This document shows, one piece after another, positions 13,776 to 26,790 of a stretch of 64,000 nucleotides of DNA. The translations under genes and the position numbers were made by a program. The notes below the pieces were generated by a model, which ran no database searches, was not told the origin of the DNA, and saw nothing but the letters and a program-made list of their open reading frames with translations. The stretch spans positions 12,586,001 through 12,650,000 of the forward strand of contig OZ336900.1 of the NCBI GenBank assembly GCA_965287045.1. Direction: 5' to 3'. The stretch's first letter is position 1. The number at the start of each line of letters is the position of its first letter. The DNA comes from Carcharhinus amblyrhynchos (lineage: Eukaryota).

Positions 13776-14777
13776 ACTCTGTGAACCTGAAAGCAGAATA
13801 ATCATCTTGTGTCGAGGTCCTGATGGCTGCACTTCTATCAGATATGGAGCAGTTGGCTACACACAATCACAGCCAGCCTCCCATCCATTGAAAAAATCAA
13901 ATCACACAGCAGTCAACCAACTATGCAGAGCCGACGGCCCAGGCCAGCCATGCAAAGGGGACAAGCAGAAAGTCACTGGTCATGCCATTACCTCACAGCA
14001 TTAAAGATCTGGGCGCCATGTTTGAACAGTACTCAGACAGGTAACCACTCTTTGTCATCCAACAGCTTAGGCTGGCTCTTTGTGAGGAGTTTGTAATCCC
14101 TGGTTCCACTTGCACTTACACAGTGACATTTTGTGATCTTGCAGGGGCCTCCATCTGGAATACTGATGTAATGGGCCTGTTTAGCACGTCCTCCACCACC
14201 CTTGCTCTGCCTCAACCCACCTTTTATTATTCCTGACTAACCATAGTTTACCCCAGGGATTCCCCTCATCACCACCGTGACCCCTCTTGGCACACTGGAA
14301 TTGCTTTCCAATACTCTTGAGCTGTTGTTCATTATCCTTGACCCTTCCATCATTCTTTACCTGCCCTTTGTTACTCTGTGCTCTCAGGATCTCACCATTG
14401 ACTTTCTCTGGATAACCCTTGATATTCCGCACAATCATGCCTCTCCAAATGTACGCTGGCATTGACTACCATCCAGCTTCCTCCTCCTGTCCTCAGGAGC
14501 TTTTATGGGGCTGCCACCTCCCTCAGTCAGTTACCCTTTTCACAGCATCCAACTGATCTTAATATATCAGTGCTTCCTCTCTGCTGGCCCAGCAAAGCTT
14601 CTCATATAAGAAAAGCAGCTCTTGCCAATATGAATCTACCAGCAGACAACCTCACCTCTTCCGTTTCACCTTTAAGCAGTCGTGAACCTGAAAGCACGTG
14701 TTTCTCGTTTGCTGTTTACTTAATTTCAAAGATATCTTTTAATCTGGCAAAGTTGTGTTCCAGTGGACTGACATGAC

Positions 14778-16234
14778 TGTGATAATCCCCATCAGGTCCA
14801 TGGGGATCAGTGATTGATCTGCCTGTAGGGCTTATTGACTATGAGTTCTCCTGGTAACAGGCGATGGTCTGCCCAGCTTGAATTCATTACCAGGGCCCTT
14901 TATAAGGCAGGCCCAGGACTGGACCTGCTACACTGGAGTCCCAGGCAGGCACTATTCTGTGTACACCATGGTATTGGTTTTAATTTGTTTTCTGTAATAA
15001 ACTATGTTCCTTTTTATGTGGTTCATGTGAACTTTAGTAAGGTGTTTGACAAGGTCCCACATAGCAGACTGGTACAAAAAATAAAATGGCATGGGATTCG
15101 GGGTAGGCTGGTCGGATGGATACAGAACTGGCTTGGTTATTAGACGACAGAGAGTGGTGGTGGAAGGGTGTTTTTCAGAATGGAGATCTGTAGCTAGTGG
15201 TGCTCTGCAGGGATCACTGCTGGGATCTTTGTTGTTTGTAGCATATATAAATGATCTGGAGGAAAATATGGGTGGTCTGATTGGTAAGTTTGCAGATGAC
15301 ACGAAGATTGGTGGAGTTGCTGATTGTGCTGAGGATTGTCAGAGGATACAACAGTATATAGATAGATTGGAGACTTGGGCACAGAGTGGCAGATGGAGTT
15401 TAATCTGGACAAATGCAAGGTGATGCATTTTGGGGGATCAAATTTAGGTATGAATTGTACTGCAAATGGCAAAACCCTTAGGAACATTAAAATACAGAGG
15501 GATCTGGGCATGCAGGTCCACATTTCCCTAAAAGTGGCGACACAGGTCGCCAAGGTGACTAAGAAGGCATATGGCATGTTTACCTTCATTAATTGGGGCA
15601 TTGAGTACAGGAGTTGGGAAATCATGTTGCAGCTATATAAAACCTTGGTTAGGCTGCCTTTGGAGCATTGCATGCAGTTTTGGTTACCACACTATCAGAA
15701 GGACGTGGAAGCTTTGGAAAGAGTGCAAAGAATGTTCACCAAATGGGCTTGAGGGTGTTGGCTGTGAGGAGAGGTTGATTAAACTAGGATTGTTTTCACT
15801 GGAAAGATGGAGGCTAAGGGAAAACCTGATAGAGGTCTACAAAATTATGAGAGGCATGGACAGGGTGGATAGTCAGAGGCTTTTTCCAAGGGTGGAAGTG
15901 TCAATTACAGGTTCGAGGCGCAGGGGGAAATTTTAAGGGAGATGTGTGGGGTAGGTTTTTCATGTAGAGAGTGGTGGGTGCCTGGTATGTGCTGCCAGAG
16001 GATGTGGTGGAAGCAGGCACATTAGTAATATTTTAAGTGGCACCTGGATGGGTCCATGAATGTGGAAGAAATAGAGGGATACGGATCGAGTAAGGGCAGA
16101 TGGATTTTTCAGTTAGTGCATCATGATCGACACAAGCTTGGGGGGGCCAAAGGGCCTATTCCTGTGCTGTACTTTTCTTTGTTCTTTGTTCTTTTAAGCT
16201 CAGGGCTTCCTGAGTCATTGCATTGGCGACAAGG
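14778..16234 (+). mobile_element. Gypsy-like LTR (TG at 14778 ... CA at 16222, PBS-like TGGCGACAAGG at 16224) split by a CR1 insertion
   Basis: TATA-like tttataagg (~14898) and AATAAA (14996). LTR-like sequence resumes after the CR1 tail, and a TGGCGAC PBS-like motif follows. Confidence 0.5.
15015..16192 (+). mobile_element. 5'-truncated CR1 (HER1-like) LINE; degenerate reverse transcriptase plus 3' UTR
   Basis: ORF pieces FSKVFDKVPH, SGALQGSLLGSLLFVAYINDL, KFADDTKIGG, WQMEFNLDKCKVMHFG, LYKTLVRLPLEHCMQFW and RLRENLIEVYKIM, with stops and frameshifts; ends in a ttctttg repeat tail. Confidence 0.95.
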
Positions 16235-16394
16235 AACAAGAAAAGGTTCAGACAGCCTTGCTTATCAACAAACCCGATAAGACAGTGATGGGGTGGTATT
16301 GAAAGTGCTGCTGTTTGGAAACTGGTAACTTATTGCACTATAGCAATCTCTTCCCTGCCTCCTGGACCCCCACTTTATCTTTCCAATAGGGAAG

Positions 16395-16785
16395 GGTGAG
16401 GAGTGCTCTAACAGGGGTCTTTAGAATTATGAAGGCGTTTGATGGGATAGATGTGGAGACAATATTTCCACGTTTGTGGGGAGTCCAAAACAAGTGTTAC
16501 TAAATATATAATTGTCGCCAAGTCCTCCAAAAGGGCATTCAGGAGAAACATCCTCACCTAGAAGGTGGTCAGACTGCGGAACTTGTTACCACAAGTAGTT
16601 GAGATGGCCAGCATAGCTGCAGTTAAGGGGAAGCTGGATAAATACGCGAGGGAGCAAGGAATAATTGCTAATGCTGATGGAGTTAAATGAAGTGGGTGGG
16701 AGGAGGCTAATGTGGAGCATTGACACCAGCACTGCTTGTTGAGTTTAATGACCTGTTTCTGTGCTGTAATTTGTATGTAGTTCTG
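16395..16785 (+). mobile_element. Old CR1 3' fragment
   Basis: gtctttagaattatgaaggcgtttgatggg..ttcaggagaaac..gtagttgag..aggggaagctggataaatac. Confidence 0.7.
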
Positions 16786-17865
16786 TGTTGTTATTAAATA
16801 CACTTCAGACTCAGTGTTTTGCATTACAAGCGAGGGGGCATCACTGGGGTCTACTGTTTAATGGGCTTGCTTAAAGAAAATGCACAGTACCTTCAAAAAA
16901 CCAACAGAGAAACTGGAGGGAAAGGGGGCTGAGTCGGATATGTAAAAATAAAACCTCCTTTTCAAACCTCTTCACTTGTGAATCAGAACAAATGTTTTTT
17001 GTAGGGTTAAAGCTACAGTTGGATCTAACACAGCATCCACAACAACTGAATCTTAGCCTTTCCTTTGCTAATAATTTTACTCTACATTCATCAGTTTTAA
17101 GCTTGCATATTCAGTGAACACAACCTCCATTTGCCTTGTTGTGTAAAGAGTGAATTGCTACATACTGATCTTTTCCATGCCCTTTGGGGCAGTGATAAGC
17201 TTGTTGCTTTCAGCTCATGAAGATAAAAGCCCAACCTTGTCTTTGATGACTCAATTTTTGGTCTTCCTTTGTTTATGGGCTTCACAAACTCTGATCTCAG
17301 ATGGAACTCCTGTGTCAAGAATCAACTCAAAAGAAACTTGGTCTTCACTTTGATGATAAACAGTCTTTTTTTCTGACCTTGGTAAATTAGCTCTTTATAA
17401 AGTTTTAAACCACTGGGGATTTCTCTCACTTCTGTGTTGGGGACGAGGAGGGGGGTGAGGGGGAAGCAGGGTGGGTGGTGTGGGCTTGGATAGGGTGGGG
17501 GCATACTTACAGCATTGTTTTCGCTTTTCTGAACTCGATGAAACATTTTATGACTGATGGGTCATCAGTCTGTCACCTTCAAGTTTAAACTGCATTCTCT
17601 GTCACAATCGTTCTTCTCTCTTTCCTTTACTGATCCAAATATGATTGGACTCGTCATTCCTCTTACATCTCAGCTCCTAAAACACTGTCCTCTCTGTTCT
17701 TTCCTTCTTCGTCACTTTCTCGCACTGTGTGCTCCATCCGTCTTCCCCTCCTAATAAATTTTGTGGGGCTGATTTTAACTGTGAGTGGGTTTCCAATCGG
17801 AAACTGCTGTTTTTCAGTGGGATTTCACATTCAGCAACAGAGACCACAAAGACTTTAATCATTGG

Positions 17866-18160
17866 AGTCATAGAATCGCTGCAGTGCAAAAGGAGGCCAT
17901 TCAGCCCATTGAGCATGCACCAACTCTCCGACTGGGCAAGCCACAGGCCCTATCCCTGCAATCCTATGTATTTACCCCACTAATGCCCCCAACCCATACA
18001 TCTTCAAGGACACTAAGGGGCAATTTAGCAAGGCCAATCCACCTAATCTCCATATCTTAAAACTGTGGGAGAAAACAGGAGCACCCGCAGGAAACCCACA
18101 CATACATGGGGAGATGGTGCAGACTCCACAATAACAGTCACCCAAGACTGGAATCAAACC
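17866..18160 (-). mobile_element. HE1-type SINE
   Basis: tcatagaatc..cagtgcaaaaggaggccattcagccc..ggacactaaggggcaatttagca..ggaaacccac. Confidence 0.88.
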
Positions 18161-18676
18161 ACTGGGCCACCTTCACCCAGCCTCACAAACGTATTGCTTG
18201 CCAATAGAGATTGGTGGCCAGGTTGTGGATATTCAGGAATTGTGGAAGGGTGTGGCATAGAGTCCAGGCCAGAGATGAGCATTCCTGTTTCCCTGGCCCA
18301 ACAAATGCAGGTAAAAAGATTATCTTTAATAATGTCTGCTGATTCCAGCCCTCTTCTCATTTGGCTTTATCATGTTTAAGTGACCTGCAATGCTAATAAT
18401 GTTGACATCTTGGCAAGTGCAACCAAATAGCTAATGCCAGCTCCTGATCATCCTGGCATGTTTCATTTTGCACAGCACCATTGAAAGTGTAGAAGCATTC
18501 ACATCTCATTGTTATACCATCAGGAATCTGCTGGCACAGATACTGTTAGGCGAACGCAAGTTCACAAACAATGCCTGCCAAGGTGAATTCTCAGATATAA
18601 GAATGTGGACACTGAAAAAACAGGTAAAATTACAAGAAAGGCCTTTCAAATGTCAAATCAACTTGCAAATTGACAG

Positions 18677-19350
18677 GGGAGGCAAAAGCCTAGTGGTATT
18701 ATCGCTAGACTATTAATGCAGAAACTCAACTAATGTTCTAAGGACCTGGGTTTGAATCCCGCCATAGTGGATGGTGGAATTTGAATTCAGTAAAAAAAAT
18801 CTGGAGTTAAGAATCAACTGGTGACGATGAAACTATTGTCAATCGTCAGAAAAACCCATCTGGTTCACTATTGGCTTTTAGGGAAGGAAATCTGTCGGCC
18901 TTACCTGGTCTGGCCTACATGTAACTTCAGAGCCACAGCAATGTGGTTGAATGTCAACTGCCCTCCAAGGGCAACTAGCGATGGGCAATAAATCTGGTCA
19001 GCCAGCGACTTCCATGTCCCACGAATGAATAAAATAAATTAATCCAGAAACTCAGCTAATGTTCTGGGGACCCAGCTTGAATCCTGCCTCGGCAGCTGGT
19101 GGAATTTGAATTCAATAAAAATTATCTGGAATTAGGAATCTGTTGATGACCATGAAACCGTTGTCAATTGTTGAAAAAACCCATCTGGTTCACTAATGTC
19201 CTTTAGGCAAGGAAATCTGCTGTCCTTGTCTGACTCCAGAGCCACAGCCATGTGGTTGATGCTCAACTGCAGTCCAAAGGCAACCAGGGATGGGCAATAA
19301 ATGTTAGCTAGCTAGTGGTGCCCATGTCCCACAATGAATAAAAAAAAATT
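18677..19350 (+). mobile_element. Head-to-tail tandem dimer of a tRNA-derived SINE
   Basis: Two similar units (18677-~19038 and ~19039-19350), each ending agggcaact/ggcaacc..gatgggcaataaat..catgtcccac..aatgaataaaa. Confidence 0.85.
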
Positions 19351-19404
19351 AAATCAGCAGATCCTGATAGCAGGTCCACCAGAGGTCTCTGGCTTTCTAT
19401 GAAT

Positions 19405-19637
19405 AAACACAGTAAGAAGTCTTACAACACCAAGTAAAAGGTCCAACAAGTCTATGTGGTAGTGAAAGCCACTAGCTTACGGAGCGCTGCTCCTTCGTCT
19501 CCCACTTACCTGACGAAGGAGCAGCACTGTGAAAGCTAGTGGCTTTTGCTATCAAATAAACCTGTTGGACTCTAACCTGGTGTTATGAGACTTCTTACTG
19601 TGTTTAGCCCAGTCCAACATTGGCGTTTCCACATCAT
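19405..19637 (+). mobile_element. Short Penelope-like element with inverted terminal duplication (fold-back)
   Basis: 19405-19499 is an imperfect reverse complement of ~19511-19605; 3' tail cccagtccaac..ccacatcat. Confidence 0.8.
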
Positions 19638-20929
19638 TTCTATGGGTATACTGGAGTTTGGCACATGGCATGATTTGCCTAATCTGTCCCCCTTTTGCAC
19701 ACACTAAAGAAGCTGCCACCTTCTTCGAAATCCCATCCCAGTCCTGACTGAATTTTACAGCAGGGCCCCAAACCAATGGTAATCTGGGAGAACTAACTAA
19801 CATACAATTGGATGTCACTAATCGTATCTGTTTGATTTGCGGTATTACGGAGATGAAACTCATTCTTGTTAGTTCTCTATTTTAAAATTGTATTCTTAAT
19901 TCCATGTTATTACCTTGGCTTGTGTCTAGGAGCTTCCTCTCATCACTCTTCAACTCACCCTATTTACATAGCCTTATATTCCTTTCTCCCTCATGTCTTT
20001 TTCTGGTTTCTCCTTCAGTGTCTTTTTTGGTAGTGAGCTCCAGATTGTAACCATTCTTCAAGCAAAGAAGTTGCTTCTGAATTTCTGATTTGGATCTATT
20101 TTCCATTTGTCCTGCAATGTTTGGAAAGGATCCAAATACTCGACATTCATGTCAAAGTCTCCATCCTAAATAAATGTTTCAAAATGAATCTATATAATAG
20201 TTTAAAATAAAATTGGTCTTTGAAAGTGGGGCCTTTTGGTTGACTATGACTTTGGCACGTCTCAATATACTTTAATTTCGTGACATTTTGATTACTTTTT
20301 AAATGATTTCCATAACCTTTCCTGTCAACACCATTACAGGAGGACTTCTGAGGGCTTTGCTCACCTTTCTCGTTTCAGTTATGAATGAGTTATGTGAAAA
20401 ATGTTTTATTCATTTCCAACATATAAGGAGTATGGAATAAATACATTCATCAACACCGAAAGCTCATTTTGGTTGTCATCTGACCACGGATTATTAACCT
20501 TCCTTTTGTCTGCGTTATCATGCAATCAATATTGAACCTGTCATGTGGTTCAAGAAGACTTTTTAAGTAGCTTTGCATTAAATAGTGTATAACTATAATT
20601 TAAATATGCATGTCAGTGAAGGAGTTAAATCACTTTTCTTCAGCTACACTTACAATCAGATCAATATTCTATTCATTCTGTGTCAGAAATGCTAATGACT
20701 CACCTTGTATCTATGGTGATTAAAGCATGTGAGCTGACAATATGTTCAGTACCTGCATCCACATACCTGGATTCATTGTAACAGCTGCTTCTTCAGATCT
20801 ATTATCGTTGCTGCTCTTTGGGACATTTCATTCCTCCTTTTGATTTAACGCACTGAGATCCAGACAAAAGATCCAAATTTTAATGAAAATAGCATGAGTT
20901 TCAATATATATATTCTTTAATATTCATGT

Positions 20930-21228
20930 AGGCCGGAATTTTTCAACCGTTCACGCCCTGCTGCTACCGTAAGCGAGGAAGGGGAATGTGGCAATCAGCC
21001 AAATCTCCAGGACCAGAGAATCCTGCCAGTATGAATGGCCAGAAAATTCCAAATATATACTCAATTCAACACTCAACAGCTTTGCCAGGAGGATCTTGAC
21101 ATGTTGGGTGGGATTTCGCGGCCTCGCTTGTCCCAAAACTGTAAACTCCCACCTCTCCATTGTCCTGGACCTCTCCATTGTTCACCCCTCGCCCGCTCTG
21201 ATTCCCGTGGGATGGTGAAATTCTGGCC
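20930..21228. repeat. Two short palindromic MITE-like elements (family also at ~11820-11890, 22913-23070, 38728-38830, 44232-44356)
   Basis: Termini of the type ggccggaatttt...aaaattcc(ggc) and gggattt...aaattctggcc, with internal inverted symmetry. Confidence 0.55.
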
Positions 21229-21689
21229 ATTGTCTGTTTATTTTGATACAATTTGGTCATTTTCCACATATAGCTTCTCAGTTTCCTGTGGCAAGATATT
21301 CCCTCCCTGTAGCCACTTTTCTGCTGCTTTCTCTTTGTCTTATTATTGTTCACTCTATCTTCTATTTGACGTTAGCACGTTTCCTTTCACTGTTCTCATT
21401 TCTCCTTTTCCTTCTTTATCTTTCATTCTGTAACAAACATAGGCTGACAAAAATAAATGCCAGTGGCTTTGCTGACCCAGTTTAGAGTTGATATAACACA
21501 ACTGTGAATTTGTTGCAAAAGTTTTTTTTCCTGACTTTTCACATTGATCCACCTGGAGGTTTTTCCACAAGATGCTATTTCAGAGGTTTGTAGTCACATT
21601 GCCAAGCTGTGGTGGCGTTCCAAACTACTCCCATTTTCACTGTTTTTCATTTCCACTAACTTCATGCCATGTAACTTCACGTAGTTCGT

Positions 21690-21900
21690 TTAGCCTTGAC
21701 TCAGATGTCTTGCCTCTTCATTCACTGGTCATAGGTTGAAGTTCTATTCCAGGGACCTGAGCACACAATCTAGCTGGACACTTCAGTGCAGTAATGAGAG
21801 GGTGCTGCACCGTCAAAGTTGCTGTCTTTCAGAGGAATCATTCAATTGAGGCTCTCTGCTGTATTGAACGTGAACGATCCCATGGTACTATTTGAAGGAT
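21690..21900 (+). mobile_element. Deu-domain SINE 5' half
   Basis: ctgagcacacaatctagctggacacttcagtgcagtaatgagagggtgctgcac..gatcccatggtactatttgaag. Confidence 0.65.
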
Positions 21901-24389
21901 TATGTTGTCGGGGCTGGGCCCAGGAATGGTTGGGAGGGCCAGCAATCGGGTCATGTGGGGGACGGAGAGCTGGAATTGCGGGAGTTCCAGTCTGGCCAGC
22001 AATCTGGGGACCATCAGTGTGGGCCACTGTGCATGCGCCGATCTCAGCACTGACAAATTGGCGCATGTGTAGTACCCACTCAACATGCCAATTTCAGTCT
22101 CTCCAGAAATGTAATAATATTCACGCAGGTGGCCTCTGCAGTGCAGAATGTGAAAGGTTCTCCTCTGAATTCCCATTGGAAAAAAACAGTATTAATCACT
22201 CCAGTTTTCATACAAATTTGACAATTTTTTGGGGAGAATTCTGCCCAAAATTTGCAGTATTCTGCAACATCAAATTGTTCTTTCTGGTTCTTTACAAGTA
22301 CAAAGCATTTTGAATATGTATATATAATTCATCATCCACATATATCTTTCATCTCCATATTAAAATGGGGGTTCCAAAAAGGTACAAACCAGATGAGATC
22401 CAGTCCCATGTCATTCCCTATGAATGTCCTCAAGCACATATGGAAATTCCCAAGACACAGAGTCCAGTGTGTAATAGGAAAAGCTCTTCCATTGACTGAA
22501 CCAGATGGGGAGTTTATACAATAACACGGATACTGAAACAACAAGTTGCACATCATACCGGGGCTTGAGACCGAGACCAACACCAACCCTCACCTCTGCA
22601 CTCTTTCAGGAACGTAGGTGGAATAGCATAGAAGCTGTAGTCAACACTTCCTTTTGCACCATTATGGAAGCAGGCTTTTGATCTGAGCCAACATTTAATT
22701 TGGGGAAGACATTCATTGTGATTTGCAATAATATGGGCACAAAATCTCATGAGGCTCAAAGTGAGAATCTCATTGGCAAAATCTTGCTTTCTGATTTTCC
22801 TCACCCCTCGCCAGTGACATATTGAGGTTTCTGCCCAGGAAGGTCAGGATCCTAATTTCAATAAATTAACATTTTATTGAAGGTCTTCCCTACCACATAT
22901 TTCCTCCCATGTTAGGATTTCCCAAGCTGCACGCTGGGATTGTCTGGTCCTGTTGTTGTCAACAGGGTTTCCCGTTGAAAGCACCCCTTGCTGCTGTGAA
23001 ACCCGCGGTGCGGTGCGCCATTGGCGGAACTGGAAGATCCCGCCAGCATGAAAGGCTGGAAAGTTCCGGCAATTGTTTGTATTGTGAATGCAAACGTTAA
23101 ACATACTTTTAGTTGGCTCTACGGCATATCTTTTCAGTAGCTGGTGTTTTGGGGCTTTCAGAGTGTAAGATGCTTTAATTAAGAGAGGAGTCAACAAAGG
23201 CTAACCTAGTCCTTAATAGATTATAAATTGCTTCTTACTGAACATGTATAGTGACTACATTGCCATTTGATAGCCTGCCTGGCCAGGATTTTACAGCTCC
23301 TCCCACCTGGCAGAATATTACAGTCCTGCCAAGCTGAATGGAGATTTCGATGGCTCACTGCAATTTCAATAACATGTATTAAATCGGTGTTAATATATCA
23401 TTACTGTATGTATATTCTGCACTATCCGAGGCGTTCTGACAGCATCTTCCATGTCCTTGATTTGTCAAAGCCACTTTGGATTATCCTCCCTGAAATATAA
23501 ACTTGTACATTAAGATGAACAATCCTTTGCCCCCACCCCCACTACACTCTTTGTACATGTAGAACTACTTTAACATCAAAAGCTGAAATAACTGCTGGTG
23601 TAGTTATTACTGCAGCTGCTCAAGGGAGCTATTCAGATGCCTCATTTATTGAAGCTTAATAGATAAAAAAGCCAAATTGGGTCTCATGATAAAAGCCTAA
23701 TCAAGTTATAATCTGCATAATTTTCACATAAGCTTTGGTGTGAAATTTACATAATTTATGTTGCAGGAGATACTAATGTGATATTAACAAGTATTTAATC
23801 CAGTCATTGAGTTTTATTTATCATGATGTTCACTGATTGTTCTTCTATTTGACAATTGTTTTAGTTCACTATCTGCTGAACATCATACAATCATTACCAT
23901 CTTAAAATATGTCAGTTGGTGTCTCAATCTCTGTTTCCCATAAAAGTATCCTCAGACAATGCGGGATGTCTGTCACTGATACTACAGAGGCACGCTGTCA
24001 GTTTTCTTTTTTATTATTTCCATATTAGCTCTCGTGCCCAACTACAGTAACTAAGAGTCTCAAACAACATGGGAGTTGTATTGTCTGAACAGTGCAGTAC
24101 ATAGTATAAGACAGCATCTTCTACAGGAATCCTCTGTGGGCTGAAGTGTTAAAAGCAATAAATGGTTAGACTTCTCTCAAGTAGGTCTAAAGAATAATAA
24201 TACAAATATAGTCCTGTGTGCCATGACTGTCTTCCCATCTATCTTATTTCTGCATGGAAGTTGTGCTGAAGGCACAAGAATATTAAAGGCACTAAGAATA
24301 TTAAATGTGCTTTGGACAAGCTGTGAGATGTTGATTTGGAAATGATGCAGAAGGGCCTCAATAGGCCCTCTTCTGCACTGTAAGCATTA

Positions 24390-24718
24390 GCATAGAACCA
24401 TAGAATTCTTACAGTGCAGAGAGAGGCCATTTGGCCCATCGAATCTGCATCAACACACTGAAACCGCTCCCCACCACCATGTCCGTAACTGCCACGCATC
24501 TACCTAACCTACCCAGCTTTTGGACACTAAAGGGCAATTTACCAAGGCCAGGCCACCTAGACTGCACATCTTTGGAGTGTGGGAAGGAACTGGAGAGTCC
24601 TGTGGAAACCCACACAGGCACGAGGAGAACGTGCAAACTCCACACAGTCACCCAAGGCTGAAATCGAACCCAGGTCCCTAGCGTTGTGAGGTAGCGGTGC
24701 TAATCACCGTGCCACCCC
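24390..24718 (-). mobile_element. HE1-type SINE, near full length
   Basis: catagaaccatagaattcttacagtgcagagagaggccatttggccc ... atcgaacccaggtccctagcgttgtgaggtagcggtgctaatcaccgtgccacc. Confidence 0.9.
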
Positions 24719-26676
24719 ATGTACGTGTTTTCTTTTTCATCGAGTACTGGATTTTCTGGAGACTTTTAAATCTCTTGTTTATTAACGTGAATCTGTCAGC
24801 ATTCAGAACTCAAAGTAAGTTCAGTTTTTATTGAGACAGGAAAGGAATTAAACACAAAACAATTGTTTGAAATAAGGCAGTGGGTGAAAGGTAATAGAAA
24901 TCAAGTTTCGATCGGCTAAAGCTATTTGATTTTTTTTTTTAAAAAAATCACATTTCATTTTGTTCTGGTTTAGTGATTTAAATTGTTTTGTTTCCAGGTA
25001 TTTTGACCTCCTCATTCACTCACTCTTCCTTTGTGTATTTTTCTCCTCTAGTTGCAGGCAATTTGTATAAGTTGAGCTTTTCAAGCCACACTGAGCTCCA
25101 ACATACAGAGAACAAAACTGCAGCCAAGAAATTTGCATGAAAACAATAAAGGCTCTTGATTTCTTTTTGTTATTATAACCCTGTGAGATACATTACAAAT
25201 CCCCTTCAACAACAACTGTTAACACAAGTTATTTAAAAAGACAAAATCTTGAATAAATATCACACTTTGATTGACTTAACTGAGCTCGATCATCTCTCGA
25301 GAAGATTCGTCCCCAGCATTCTATTGAATATTATTCTTCATTTAAGCCAAAGCTTTTTGGAAACATAAAATATGTCATTAATATCTCAGAAAGATTTCCA
25401 TTTCAAAAGAGCAATTTTGGGCAGCATTACTTAAAGCAAGTGGAAGAATGTGTTTTGTCTAAAACTCTGGGATCATTTTTTTTAAAAGATAACAATTCAA
25501 AACCCAGCAGCTTGGGTTTTATTGTGTCAGCATTAACTAATGGCCTGAAGCCCTCTCAAAAAAAAACCTGAAGTCTATGTATTATGTATACAGCATTACT
25601 GGCTTTAGGTGTTGACTTGTCAACATGGAAAATGAAAAATGTCAAGTTCCATGACTTCAAAGAAATGGCATGTTTATAGAGGGAGCGGTGGGGGGGTGGG
25701 TGGGTAGGATTCTGAACGTTAACATTTCTGATAAAAAGGGTTTATGTTTGCTATGTAGTACCAAAATGGAGAACATGTAAAATTAATATCTGCAACATGA
25801 TGGGAAACTGTAAATACTAAATAAGTATCAAGTGACCTTTATTGATGAAATTATTTCAGGTTCCTGCTTGTATGGTGAAACATTAATGCGAGTACCTAAA
25901 CCAAAACTGAGTTTAGAATAAAAGCTTGCAATGTGGAGTTTCTGATCTACCAAGATAGAAAAGAGGGGAGGAACTCAGTTTTAGAAGAGCTACTGGAGTT
26001 GATTTTTACTGTTCTTCACATATTCCCAAATTGAGGAGTGTTTGCTCAGTTGATGCTACCACTTCAATTAGAATTCTTAACAATTTTTTTTGGGGGGGTA
26101 GGGTGGTGGTGGGAAGAATTGTTTGGCTTTAAAGCATATGTCATTTCTCTGAACTTAAGATGCTGTCAGCTTCCTTTGTACTGTAGCCCTTCACTATAAC
26201 ACTCCCTTCGGGAGCCATACAAATATCATGTTTCAGTGGTGGGACTCTAGCAACTCGGGGAGTTTGTGTATACTTTATTTATCAGCAACGCATGTTGTAT
26301 CAGAAACTGTGGCACATCAGAGAGCTTTATAATGAGAGCTTACTGTAGCATTTTACTTCTCAGCTTCAAGCTGATCTTTTTGTAGATGGAGCGCAGATAA
26401 AGTTACATTTTGACAACTAACATCCTTGATGGTTTTGTGCAAGAAAAGTCAAAAATTTTCATTTTTACCTGTACTATTTAATCAAACTTGCATTGCGTAG
26501 TGGTCAGTTGCCTTAAGTTAGTTCTTGCACTGAAATGCATCAACTTAAAGCTATCAGAAAATCAAACTATGATCACATTTGTGAACAAGAATGCACCTGG
26601 ATTTTCTTTTTCTAAATGAGGCAGCTAAGTGTCCTAGTGGTAGATTTTCTGACTCAATTATTTCTTCTCTTTCCAG

Positions 26677-26790
26677 GATTCACACCTCCAGGAATGGACA
26701 GAGCTTCACCAGACAACAGCCCAGTCCATGGTCTGGTCCGACAGACCTCTGTCACCACCGGGGCCAACATCCCAATGATGACTGAGCTAG
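26677..26790 (+). CDS. KCNMA1: KCNMA1 (BK/Slo1 alpha) constitutive RCK2 exon, 114 nt, phase 1-1: (G)[37 protein letters not shown]
   Basis: Pyrimidine tract plus ttccag| acceptor and CTAG|gtaaga donor. Translation matches vertebrate Slo1 [38 protein letters not shown]. Confidence 0.97.

Noticed and set aside
14835-15936. Reverse-transcriptase ORFs as a functional gene or retron-like system
   Set aside because: A 5'-truncated CR1 with stops and frameshifts; the same applies to 59565-60745.
1-26676. Upstream KCNMA1 exons (DLRAVNINLC...LQANSQ exon, STREX)
   Set aside because: No matching coding sequence found by eye; they probably lie 5' of the window, implying an intron of more than 26 kb.
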